From contig CAZOFP010000006.1 of the NCBI GenBank assembly GCA_964579475.1, forward strand, positions 1-53,764: a stretch of 53,764 nt of DNA. The letters are read 5' to 3'. Under the pieces are notes generated by a model. The model did not search any database. It was not told the DNA's origin and saw nothing but the letters and a program-made list of their open reading frames with translations. The stretch is from an uncultured Candidatus Saccharibacteria bacterium. GTDB taxonomy: Bacteria > Patescibacteriota > Saccharimonadia > Saccharimonadales > CAYOYH01. Both the position numbers and the translations under genes were made by a program. Shown in pieces: positions 1-9,133 of the stretch; the stretch's first letter is position 1, and each line of letters opens with the position of its first letter.

Positions 1-96
1 CAATAACAGTTTAGGACGCCTACCTTTTATGTTGCGATGGTGGTGAGTTACTACGCTATACTTGATGTGTTGCCAACTTTATGATTAAATAATTGC

Positions 97-360
97 ATGA
101 CACATCCTGAATCAGGAAATTCTGGCAACTACCGTCAATACAATATACGTCTTGGGCCAGAAGTAGGTACCGCGCTCAGGCGTCTAGCTGCTTTGGAGGG
201 GGTATCTGTATCTCAATACATTCAAGAAGCTGTAGAAAGTCACTTAATAAATCACCTGGAGTTGCCTGATGAAAGTTCTCCCGTAGACATCGAGCGGGCT
301 GCACTGTTGTGTGATAAGGAAGTTATCGAAAGAAGGCTAGGCGAAATCGCTTTACAGTAA
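97..360 (+). CDS. Small ribbon-helix-helix (CopG/Arc/HicB-C-like) DNA-binding protein
   Basis: Segment YNIRLGPEVGTALRRLAALEGVSVSQYIQEAVESHL fits the beta-alpha-alpha RHH pattern (alternating hydrophobic strand, then LxxLAxxEGxSxxxxIxxAV). Confidence 0.6.
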   Translation: MTHPESGNSGNYRQYNIRLGPEVGTALRRLAALEGVSVSQYIQEAVESHLINHLELPDESSPVDIERAALLCDKEVIERRLGEIALQ

Positions 361-408
361 TCCTTTTCTAATTTGCTTTATTGCTAATATAGCCTTAATG
401 TATTGCAC

Positions 409-2667
409 GTGAAGAACTTAGTGATTGTTGAGTCACCAGCTAAAGCTAAAACCATCGAGAAGTATCTGGGTAAGGATTTCTCCGTTAAATCTAGCTTTGG
501 ACATGTTCGGGATCTACCGAAGAAGGGTATGTCTATAGATATAGAGAATAATTTCACCCCGACCTACGAAGTAACTCCTGAGAAGAAAAAGACCGTCGCC
601 GAGCTACGAAAAGCTGCCAAAAGCGCCGATATGATCTGGCTAGCAACTGATGAAGACCGTGAAGGGGAGGCCATCGCCTGGCACTTAGCGGAGCTACTTA
701 AACTGACCGACAAAAACACCAAGCGAATTGTTTTCCACGAAATAACCAAAGATGCCATTTTAAAAGCTGTCGACAATCCTCGCGCGGTAGATACTAATAT
801 AGTCGACGCCCAGCAGGCTAGGCGTATCCTTGACCGTTTGGTCGGCTACGAGCTTAGCCCAGTGCTTTGGAAAAAAGTTCGTCGTGGTTTGAGCGCTGGA
901 CGTGTTCAATCCGTTGCGGTACGACTGATTGTTGAACGAGAACGAGAAATTGAAAAATTCGAGACCGCAAGTTCCTACAAAGTAAAAGCTACTTTTGTTG
1001 CCAGCAACGAAGAGTTTGATGCGGAACTCGACAAGACTTTTGACAACCAAGAAGATGCCAAAAAATTCCTCGAAAATCTGGTTTCTGCATCCTATAAAGT
1101 AAGCTCTATCGAACAAAAAGACGGTCAACGCTCGCCGAGAGCACCATTTACTACCTCTACCTTGCAACAAGCCGCTTCTCAAAAACTAGGCTTTAGCGTC
1201 AAACAAACCATGCAACTGGCTCAGCGCCTGTATGAGGCCGGAAAAATCACATACATGAGGACAGACTCTGTCACGCTCTCAAAACAAGCTATAGGTAGCG
1301 CAGCAGGCCACATCGAAAACAAATTTGGTAAAGACTATCTACAAATACGAACTTATAAGACGAAATCGGCTGGCGCCCAAGAAGCCCACGAAGCTATTCG
1401 ACCCACCGATTTTACTACTGAAGAAGCTGGTCAAGACGAAAGACAAAAGAAACTGTACAAGCTGATTCACGCCCGCGCATTAGCCTCGCAAATGGCGGCG
1501 GCAAAGACAAAGAAGACTACTGTGAAAATCGATATTTCAACTAACGATTCGACGTTCGTGGCTAAAGGCGAGATCGTAGCATTCGACGGATTCTTGGCCG
1601 CTTACGGACGCGACAAAGACGACGAGCTGCTACCAGACATCAAAGAAGGCGACTCGCTCGAAGCAAAACAGATTGTTGCTACTCAGACGTACACCAGACC
1701 AGCTGCCAGATACACCGAAGCAGCTCTGGTCAAGAAATTAGAGGAAATGGGCATCGGACGACCAAGCACCTACGCACCGACAATATCGACCATCCAAGAC
1801 AGAGGTTATGTCGAAAAAGGCCAGGGCGAGAGTGAAAAACGAACCCTAAACATTTTGACCCTCAAGAATGGCAAAATCGATGCCACGACAGAGGTGAAAA
1901 ACGTTGGCAGCGACAAAGGGAAGTTAATTCCGACAGATATTGCCGGAATCGTTACGGATTTCCTAGTAAAACACTTTGCAGATGTAGTAGATTATGATTT
2001 CACCGCCAACGCTGAGTCGAGTTTTGACCGAATCGCTAAGGGCGAGGAACAGTGGCAGAAGATGATTGCCGATTTTTACAAAGATTTTCATAAGAAAATC
2101 GAAAGCTCAGAAGAGATTAGCCGCCAAGAAGCATCCCAAGCCAGGGAATTGGGCAAAGACCCCGAGTCTGGTAAGCCCGTATTGGCTCGTTTTGGCCGTT
2201 TTGGCCCTATGATTCAAATTGGTACTAAAGACGATGAGGAGAAGCCACGGTTCGCTCCCATGCCCGCTGGCAAGAAAATCGACACCGTTACGCTAGACGA
2301 GGCCATGGAAATGTTTAAACTACCTCGAGTAGTCGGCGAAACAGATGACGGAGAGGAAATTACCGCCAATGTCGGTCGTTTTGGCCCTTATGTAAAATTC
2401 GGCAAAACTTTCGTCTCTATAAAACCTGAGGACCCGTTTACTATTACACTGGATAAAGCCAAGGAACTAATCGCCGAGAAAAAGAAGAAAGAAGCCGATA
2501 AATACATCGCTCAATTTGAAAAAGAAGGTATCGACATTATAAATGGCCGTTATGGTCCATACATAACCAATGGCAAGGTGAATGTCAAAGTACCTAAAGG
2601 TCAGGATCCGAAGAAGATTGACCTCGAGAAAGCTAAGGAACTAATCGCCTCAAAAAAGAAAACATAA
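409..2667 (+). CDS. topA: DNA topoisomerase I (type IA) with non-zinc C-terminal repeats
   Basis: LVIVESPAKAKTI TOPRIM start, ATDEDREGEAI, SAGRVQS, catalytic ITYMRTDS, GIGRPSTYA; C-terminal GRFGPM/GRFGPY/GRYGPY repeats instead of Cys4 ribbons. GTG start at 409 chosen. Confidence 0.97.
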   Translation: MKNLVIVESPAKAKTIEKYLGKDFSVKSSFGHVRDLPKKGMSIDIENNFTPTYEVTPEKKKTVAELRKAAKSADMIWLATDEDREGEAIAWHLAELLKLTDKNTKRIVFHEITKDAILKAVDNPRAVDTNIVDAQQARRILDRLVGYELSPVLWKKVRRGLSAGRVQSVAVRLIVEREREIEKFETASSYKVKATFVASNEEFDAELDKTFDNQEDAKKFLENLVSASYKVSSIEQKDGQRSPRAPFTTSTLQQAASQKLGFSVKQTMQLAQRLYEAGKITYMRTDSVTLSKQAIGSAAGHIENKFGKDYLQIRTYKTKSAGAQEAHEAIRPTDFTTEEAGQDERQKKLYKLIHARALASQMAAAKTKKTTVKIDISTNDSTFVAKGEIVAFDGFLAAYGRDKDDELLPDIKEGDSLEAKQIVATQTYTRPAARYTEAALVKKLEEMGIGRPSTYAPTISTIQDRGYVEKGQGESEKRTLNILTLKNGKIDATTEVKNVGSDKGKLIPTDIAGIVTDFLVKHFADVVDYDFTANAESSFDRIAKGEEQWQKMIADFYKDFHKKIESSEEISRQEASQARELGKDPESGKPVLARFGRFGPMIQIGTKDDEEKPRFAPMPAGKKIDTVTLDEAMEMFKLPRVVGETDDGEEITANVGRFGPYVKFGKTFVSIKPEDPFTITLDKAKELIAEKKKKEADKYIAQFEKEGIDIINGRYGPYITNGKVNVKVPKGQDPKKIDLEKAKELIASKKKT

Positions 2668-2767
2668 GCACATTGTTCTGGACAATTTGTCGAAATTACA
2701 TTTAGTGTTCACATCGATTTCAATGGGCGTCTATTACATGATATAATCAGTATGTATTAGAATTTGT

Positions 2768-2796
2768 TTGACATTATAGAAATACTATTTTATAAT
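2768..2796 (+). promoter_or_regulatory. Perfect consensus sigma70 promoter TTGACA-N17-TATAAT
   Basis: TTGACA 2768-2773, 17-nt spacer, TATAAT 2791-2796; GAGGAG RBS at 2833-2838 before ATG 2843. A second TGaTATAAT lies near 2739-2747. Confidence 0.85.
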
Positions 2797-2842
2797 TCTC
2801 TCAAGCTTATTAATAAAACTAAACTTATATGTGAGGAGCGTA

Positions 2843-3889
2843 ATGGGCGAAACAACACAGCCAGATGAACTTGACGTGTGGACCGCTGTTAAAAATATTC
2901 TCAATACGATCGATAGAGATCGTGAAAGAGAGATTATAAGCAGACGATTCGGGCTATACGACCGTAGAGAAACCTTAGAACAGATAGGTGAACTTCTTGG
3001 AATTACCCGAGAAAGAGTTCGTCAACTCGAAAAAGCCATCCTGGCACGCCTTAAAGCCCAGGCAGAGGCCGATTTGCCCAGCATCGGGGAAGTAGAGAAA
3101 AGCTTCATAAAAGACCTCAGTGAACTCGGACGAGTCGCAAGAGTGTCTAACCTTAGCGCAAAGGTGACTAAAGAGAACACCGACCGCGACCAAGCTCATG
3201 TGGCATTTCTAGCGGTGCTAGCTCCTGGTCTATCCGTTGTCGATGAAAATGACCAGTACTTCCACTCTATCGGAATCCTTGAGTACAACGACACTAAATC
3301 AATCAAGAAAAATATCGACGACATTGTCGCCGCCATTAAAGACGTTGGTGAACCGGTCACTATTAACGAACTTCACGCACGACTTAGTTACGAACACCCT
3401 GATCACATCAAGGCATTTGCTAGTGTTTCGAAGAAACTGGCTAACCTCAAAGATAAATGGGGTTTAATCAAGTGGCCAACAGTGAACCCGAAAAATATTC
3501 GCGACAAAATCTACGTTATTTTGCAAGACGAAGGTAAGCCAATGCATTTTAACGAGATTGCTCGTTCTATCAGGCAATCAAATTTCAAACGCAAAGACGT
3601 CACTACCCAGGCTATTCACAATGAGCTCATTAAGGACAAACGATTCGTTCTAATAGGCCGTGGTATTTACGCACTCAACGAATGGGGCTACAAAAAGGGT
3701 ACAGTTGCGACCGTAATAACAGATGTACTTAAGAAAGCTGGCGAACCGCTTCACCGAGACGAAATCGTAAAGCGAGTCTTAAAGACTAGGCAGGTTAAGG
3801 AAACTACGATTCTTCTGAACCTACAAAGCAAGCCGCAGTTCAAACGGGTGGCCAAAGCTACCTACACCATCGCCGACGACAAAAAATAA
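2843..3889 (+). CDS. Sigma70 region-4-like HTH fused to C-terminal winged helix (HARE-HTH/RNAP delta-like) domains
   Basis: N-terminal REREIISRRFGL..ETLEQIGELLGITRERVRQLE resembles sigma region 4; C-terminal KPMHFNEIA..HNELIKDKRFVLIGRGIYAL and EPLHRDEIVKRV..F.RVAKATY resemble HARE-type wHTH; no sigma region 2 seen. Confidence 0.75.
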   Translation: MGETTQPDELDVWTAVKNILNTIDRDREREIISRRFGLYDRRETLEQIGELLGITRERVRQLEKAILARLKAQAEADLPSIGEVEKSFIKDLSELGRVARVSNLSAKVTKENTDRDQAHVAFLAVLAPGLSVVDENDQYFHSIGILEYNDTKSIKKNIDDIVAAIKDVGEPVTINELHARLSYEHPDHIKAFASVSKKLANLKDKWGLIKWPTVNPKNIRDKIYVILQDEGKPMHFNEIARSIRQSNFKRKDVTTQAIHNELIKDKRFVLIGRGIYALNEWGYKKGTVATVITDVLKKAGEPLHRDEIVKRVLKTRQVKETTILLNLQSKPQFKRVAKATYTIADDKK

Positions 3890-3939
3890 GGCGTTAGCGG
3901 TTTGCAATTAACCTCTGATTAGCCGAGAATATATTTAAT

Positions 3940-6537
3940 ATGATCAACACGTTTAGTTTCCTGGGGTTAATCTTTGGCTTAGTCAGTCAGTGGTGGTTCT
4001 GGTTGCCTGTTGCCGTAGTACTTGGTTATTTCACCTGGCAAAATTACCGTAAGACCAAAGCTATCAGCTCTGATTCGGAAGTACTCTTACTGCTGGAAAT
4101 CCCGAGAGCTAACGACAAAAAAGAACTTGCTGCAGAACAAATGTTTGCCAGTCTTCACGGAATTCTTCGTTCCAAAAAAGAACTCCGCATAGAAGGTCGT
4201 CTCCAGGAACATGTCAGTTTTGAAATCGCCGCTATCGGTAAACATTTAAAATTCTACGTTTGGGTGCCGAAGCACTTGCAAAACTTTGTTGAAGGTCAAA
4301 TTTACGCACAGTATCCGACAGTGCAAATTTACGAGGTCAAAGACGACTATACTACCCGTGAGATAACACAGAACGTCGTCTACACCACCGAATTAAAGCT
4401 CAAAGAGAACGACGTTCTACCGATAAATTCTTTTCAAAACTTCGAAGTCGACCCACTAGCGGCAATCACTGCAACACTATCCAAACTGGAACAAGACGAA
4501 GAAGAACTGTGGATTCAAATTCTAGCTAGACCTATTGACGATGCTTGGCACAAAAAATCAAGTTCATACGTGGCTCGAGTCAAAGACGGTAAGGGTGTGT
4601 TCATGGCGAACAACGGCATTCTGTCTTATCTTGGACAGATCTTCGCAGCTTTGTGGCGACCACCAGAAGATGCTGCTACTACTAAAGTAAAAGAGATTAG
4701 TGAACGCGACAAGTCGCGGATAACCGCAGTTGAAGAGAAAAGTCGAAAACTTGGCTACAAGGTAAAAATACGTATCGCCTACCTGGGCCCCGATAAAGCT
4801 ACAGCCAGACTACGAATGCAGGCCATGGTCGGTACTTTCAAGCAATTCAATACAACTAATCTAAACGGCTTCGTTCAAAGTTCAAATAGTTACAGCCGCG
4901 AAAAACTTGCAGAGTACCGTTCCAGATTCTTCCTAAGCGGCGGCAATATACTCAACATCGAAGAACTAGCTAGTGTCTACCATTTGCCACACACTAATGT
5001 TGAAACACCAAATATTGTCTGGGCGACAGCCAAAACAGCCGAGCCGCCGCCAAACCTCCCGGCAGTCGGCACACTACCCGACGAAGAAATTAGTCCGTTT
5101 GGAACTACGAATTTCCGTGGCTCAAACATTCAATTTGGAGCTCGCCGCTCTGATAGAGGTCGCCATATCTATATTGTTGGCCAAACTGGAGTAGGGAAGT
5201 CAGGACTTCTCGAGCTTTTGACCCTGTCTGATGTCTATCACAATGAAGGTTTTGTAGTTATCGATCCTCATGGCGACTATGCAGCAAATGTAATCAAATT
5301 CATACCCCCACACAGAGTACAAGATGTTGTCTATTTCAACCCTGCCGACAGAGAGTTCCCCGTGGGTTTCAACCCGCTGGAGATACCCGACCCCACACTT
5401 AAAAACCACGTCTCCTCGGAGCTTGTTGGCGTACTAAAACGAATGTTTGATTCCTGGGGCCCACGGCTAGAATACATCCTCCGCTATACCATCCTGGCAC
5501 TTCTGGACTACCCAGACTCTACAATGCTTGATATCACCCGTATGCTTACCGAGAAAGATTTCAGGAAAAAAGTAGTCGACAACCTTGACGATCCAGTGGT
5601 AAGAAACTTCTGGGTCAACGAATTCGGTAGCTGGAATGAAAAATTCATGACTGAAGCAGTAGCTCCAGTACTTAACAAAGTCGGCGCGTTCACTGCAAAC
5701 CCTCTAGTCAGAAACATAATCGGGCAACCAAAGTCTAGCTTCAACATCCGCAAAATCATGGACGAAGGGAAAATCCTGATAGTTAACCTCTCGCGTGGGC
5801 TTGTGGGCGAAGATAACGCTGCGATTCTCGGTGCCATGATGGTTACCAAAATTCAGCTAGCAGCTATGAGCCGAGCTGACATTGCCGATATAGGCGACAG
5901 GCGACCTTTTTACCTATACGTTGACGAATTCCAGAACTTCGCCACCGACTCCTTCTCTGTCATTCTTAGTGAAGCTCGTAAGTACGGTCTGAATTTAACC
6001 ATTGCCAACCAGTTCATTTCACAGATGGAGCCTGAAGTGAAAGATGCTGTTTTTGGTAACGTAGGCTCTATAATATCTTTCCGCGTAGGCGCTGAGGACG
6101 CCACAAGTTTACAGAAGTATTTCGAGCCACAGTTCGATTCGCAAGATCTAATACAACTGCATAATCGAAATTTCGTAGCAGCTATGACTATCGGGGGAGA
6201 GAAGACACCGGCATTCTCAGCTACCACACTCAACATTCCCTCACCCCAACAAGATTTAACGGCACAGATAATCGAAAACTCACGAAACTTGTACGCCTCA
6301 CCCAAAGAAGAAGTCGAGAAAACCATTATAGTTGCTTCGAGCAGCGTCTCGCAGCACAAATCGTCACCAAAACCTCATACCAAACAAAACACGAACAATA
6401 AGAAATCGACAAAATTTAAAAATATACATAATTCTAAACCTACAAAAACAAGAACTCAAAAACCAAAGGAAACCTCGAAGGCAAAATCTACAACTCATGG
6501 AATAATTGAAGAAGATCAAGTTATAAAGCTGCGCTAA
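3940..6537 (+). CDS. Membrane-anchored VirD4/TraG/HerA-like (type IV coupling-protein-like) ATPase
   Basis: N-terminal TM segment, Walker A GQTGVGKS, IDPHGD, Walker B YLYVDEFQNF, SEARKYGL, FGNVGSIISFRVG; basic low-complexity tail. Confidence 0.8.
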   Translation: MINTFSFLGLIFGLVSQWWFWLPVAVVLGYFTWQNYRKTKAISSDSEVLLLLEIPRANDKKELAAEQMFASLHGILRSKKELRIEGRLQEHVSFEIAAIGKHLKFYVWVPKHLQNFVEGQIYAQYPTVQIYEVKDDYTTREITQNVVYTTELKLKENDVLPINSFQNFEVDPLAAITATLSKLEQDEEELWIQILARPIDDAWHKKSSSYVARVKDGKGVFMANNGILSYLGQIFAALWRPPEDAATTKVKEISERDKSRITAVEEKSRKLGYKVKIRIAYLGPDKATARLRMQAMVGTFKQFNTTNLNGFVQSSNSYSREKLAEYRSRFFLSGGNILNIEELASVYHLPHTNVETPNIVWATAKTAEPPPNLPAVGTLPDEEISPFGTTNFRGSNIQFGARRSDRGRHIYIVGQTGVGKSGLLELLTLSDVYHNEGFVVIDPHGDYAANVIKFIPPHRVQDVVYFNPADREFPVGFNPLEIPDPTLKNHVSSELVGVLKRMFDSWGPRLEYILRYTILALLDYPDSTMLDITRMLTEKDFRKKVVDNLDDPVVRNFWVNEFGSWNEKFMTEAVAPVLNKVGAFTANPLVRNIIGQPKSSFNIRKIMDEGKILIVNLSRGLVGEDNAAILGAMMVTKIQLAAMSRADIADIGDRRPFYLYVDEFQNFATDSFSVILSEARKYGLNLTIANQFISQMEPEVKDAVFGNVGSIISFRVGAEDATSLQKYFEPQFDSQDLIQLHNRNFVAAMTIGGEKTPAFSATTLNIPSPQQDLTAQIIENSRNLYASPKEEVEKTIIVASSSVSQHKSSPKPHTKQNTNNKKSTKFKNIHNSKPTKTRTQKPKETSKAKSTTHGIIEEDQVIKLR

Positions 6538-6958
6538 GAAAATATGAAGCAAATCCTGGCAGCAGGGGGCACGGACAGAAATCAACGTCTACGCGCGAAT
6601 TTCGAAATATTAAAAGATGACTTACTATTCATCTTTTCATTCAAAACGTCGTGTCGCACAATGTATATTTTACGCCGCGCCTTATCTGTTAGTTTTTTGC
6701 ATCATCTACCTACCAAGCGGGGTACTCTACATACATAAAACACGTCCATGCTACGCTCTCGTCACGCACTGTGCTTGTTTCGTTCCCGTCGCTACAACCA
6801 CCACCTTTAGCCAGAGTGCTCCATAATGATAGCGTTTGACTTTTCCACAACAAACATTGCTTCTATGCCAATCATCCGCGCCTCACTCAGCAGCACCCCG
6901 CTACACTATTTGCAATATTTGACTTTATAATGTTTAGTATACTTAATATGTTTTTATA

Positions 6959-6986
6959 GGTTTTTGTTGCGCGAAGAACAAAAACC
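6959..6986. terminator. 10-bp stem hairpin between convergent genes (terminator or structured RNA)
   Basis: GGTTTTTGTT(6959-6968)-GCGCGAAG-AACAAAAACC(6977-6986). Confidence 0.4.
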
Positions 6987-7106
6987 GAACTAGAGAACAG
7001 AGTGGGTGTCTCTTCTGCGCTTGTAGATAAATAACTTTGTTCTTAGTACGATCATCGACGTATCTAGTCACTCTGGACGAAATACCTAATACTACTTCTC
7101 TCTTCT

Positions 7107-7973
7107 CTACTTATAGTAGACCGTCCCATTTACTCTGACATCTACATAAGTCGTTGGATTAATACCCTTTGCCTTGTAGAACCCTAGCGCACTACTCAGG
7201 GAGCTAATCTGCCCTGCTACAGGTCGATCTAGTTGCATTTTGACCTCATACCGAACGCCGCTTGGCTTTACATAGATTACCCGCGCCTCATCTGTTAATC
7301 GGTAATCAAATGACTGATTCTTATACTGAACAAGCCCCTTTAAGAGCCCATCAGTCTCCTCAACAAAACTAACGATTGTTGCTGGAACGAATCTGTTCTC
7401 ATCTAAATCATAGGCTACATCGGTGTCGTCCTTTAGTATCACGATATTCTCGTTACCCTTGGCTGGGTCGTAACTGTCATATGCGTAACCATTTCTGTCG
7501 ACTATGAAATACTCGTCTTCACTCGTTTGAAGTACGATTTGCGCTTGTCTTTCAGTCACATCGAGTTCCAGCACGCCCCCAAAAAATGGCATTTTATACA
7601 CCACATTTTCTATTTCAGGATAACGACTCAATAGCTCGGTAGTTATCGCTTCGGTCGATACAAATGGTTTAAAACTTGCCAATGGATTTCTAGACAAATA
7701 CTGCTCCACAGTCGATTGATAATTTTGTTGTTCAGTCGTTAGTAGCACCTCTGTTACACGACTATTATTCCAAAAGAAATAGACTACGAATACAACTGCA
7801 ATACTACCTACCAGCAACTTCCCTACAAGGCGTTTTCTTTTGGCTGATTGGCGTTTGTTTTTCACCTCGCTACGCCTGGTTTTTCTGGGCGAGATGTATT
7901 TATTTACCTTAACATTTGAAGCTCGGTTAACGTGTCTCTTCGGAGATTTCTTTTTGCTCAGTGGGTTTTTCAT
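7107..7973 (-). CDS. ftsQ: FtsQ/DivIB-like cell division protein
   Basis: Basic cytoplasmic N-terminus, single TM, POTRA-like segment (LLSRYPEIENVVY..LELDVTER), C-terminal YVDVR; follows murG. Confidence 0.7.
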   Translation of the reverse strand: MKNPLSKKKSPKRHVNRASNVKVNKYISPRKTRRSEVKNKRQSAKRKRLVGKLLVGSIAVVFVVYFFWNNSRVTEVLLTTEQQNYQSTVEQYLSRNPLASFKPFVSTEAITTELLSRYPEIENVVYKMPFFGGVLELDVTERQAQIVLQTSEDEYFIVDRNGYAYDSYDPAKGNENIVILKDDTDVAYDLDENRFVPATIVSFVEETDGLLKGLVQYKNQSFDYRLTDEARVIYVKPSGVRYEVKMQLDRPVAGQISSLSSALGFYKAKGINPTTYVDVRVNGTVYYK

Positions 7974-9133
7974 GCTTGTTTCAAAATTAGTTTGGCGATG
8001 TCTTTCGCTGCATTTGGTTTGGCAAGCTTATGGAGATTCGTAGACAGCTTCTCACGCTGCGCTGACGAAGCTAGCAAACTAGTCACCGCTGCAAGAAGAA
8101 TATTGGAGTCCTTAAGAGCCTGGCTTTCGTCGACCACAACTGCTGCCCCTGCCCCTTTATAAACTTCAGCATTTTTAAGCTGATGCCCATAAACAAGCTT
8201 TGGGTTTGGAATCAAGACTAATGGTTTTGCTGCTATTGCCAGCTCGGCCATAGTTGTCGTCCCTACTCTGGTAACTACGACATCTGCAGCTCCCAAATAA
8301 ACGTGCATATCTTTCTCGATGAACGGCAGTAGCGTGTACTTGTCTTGCTCATCAACGCTAAGAGCGTCCTCCACTGCTTCTTTAGTGCTTTCGTAGGTCT
8401 CCTGGCCTGTCTGATGAAAGACTCGCGCCTGCTTTACTAAATCGCCGCTGACTTGACCTACGATGTTGTTAATCCGCTCTGCACCATGACTACCGCCAGT
8501 TATTACAACTACTTTTGTCTCAGGTTCTACGCCGAGCTGACTTTTGTACTTGTTCATCAGTTTGCTGTCGACGAAACGATAAGCGCTGCTAACTGGTACT
8601 CCAACGAAGCTGACCTCTGTATTGCCCAGTTGATAATTTTCCTCAGGCATACCGACGCCTATAGCAACAGCACGAGTGCTAAGTGTCTTGTTTGTCAGAC
8701 CCATGTGAGCGTCTGACTCATGAATAACCAGTGGAATGCCTAGCCATGAAGCGCTAAGACCAACAGGCAGCCCAACATAGCCGCCTTTTACGAAGACAAC
8801 GTCCGGCCTTCTCAGCAGCAACATGAAAAAACTTTGAACTAAACCAATTAGGAAAAACAGTCCATCGCGAAGATTAAGAAGCTGCATTGGAATATCGAGA
8901 GCCTGTTTTTGCCACGGTACTCCGTGGTACCTTCGAAATTTGCCTGCAGCAATCGCCACACTGCGATCAATATTGCTACTCTCGTTGCTTATTAACTCTA
9001 AAGTGTCGCTGTCGCCCACTTGGCGAATAAAAGTCACTTCTACATCTGATTGCAGGGCCTTTATCTCAGATACGACTGCTAGAATAGGTTTGACGTGTCC
9101 GGCCGAACCGCCGCCTGTTACGACTACGCGCAT
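7970..9133 (-). CDS. murG: UDP-GlcNAc:lipid I N-acetylglucosamine transferase
   Basis: TGGGSAGHV, KGGYVGLP, IHESD, TGGSHGA, HQLKNA motifs. Confidence 0.93.
   Translation of the reverse strand: MRVVVTGGGSAGHVKPILAVVSEIKALQSDVEVTFIRQVGDSDTLELISNESSNIDRSVAIAAGKFRRYHGVPWQKQALDIPMQLLNLRDGLFFLIGLVQSFFMLLLRRPDVVFVKGGYVGLPVGLSASWLGIPLVIHESDAHMGLTNKTLSTRAVAIGVGMPEENYQLGNTEVSFVGVPVSSAYRFVDSKLMNKYKSQLGVEPETKVVVITGGSHGAERINNIVGQVSGDLVKQARVFHQTGQETYESTKEAVEDALSVDEQDKYTLLPFIEKDMHVYLGAADVVVTRVGTTTMAELAIAAKPLVLIPNPKLVYGHQLKNAEVYKGAGAAVVVDESQALKDSNILLAAVTSLLASSAQREKLSTNLHKLAKPNAAKDIAKLILKQA

Noticed and set aside
2130..2660. GRFGP-type repeats at the topA 3' end as a mobile repeat
   Set aside because: These are the known non-zinc C-terminal repeats of topoisomerase I.
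6544..6826. Short plus-strand ORFs (64 and 69 aa) after the ATPase gene
   Set aside because: They overlap each other, lack an RBS and motifs, and have atypical composition.
6841..6849. TTTTCCACA as part of a replication origin
   Set aside because: Single box, with no cluster and no dnaA/dnaN nearby.
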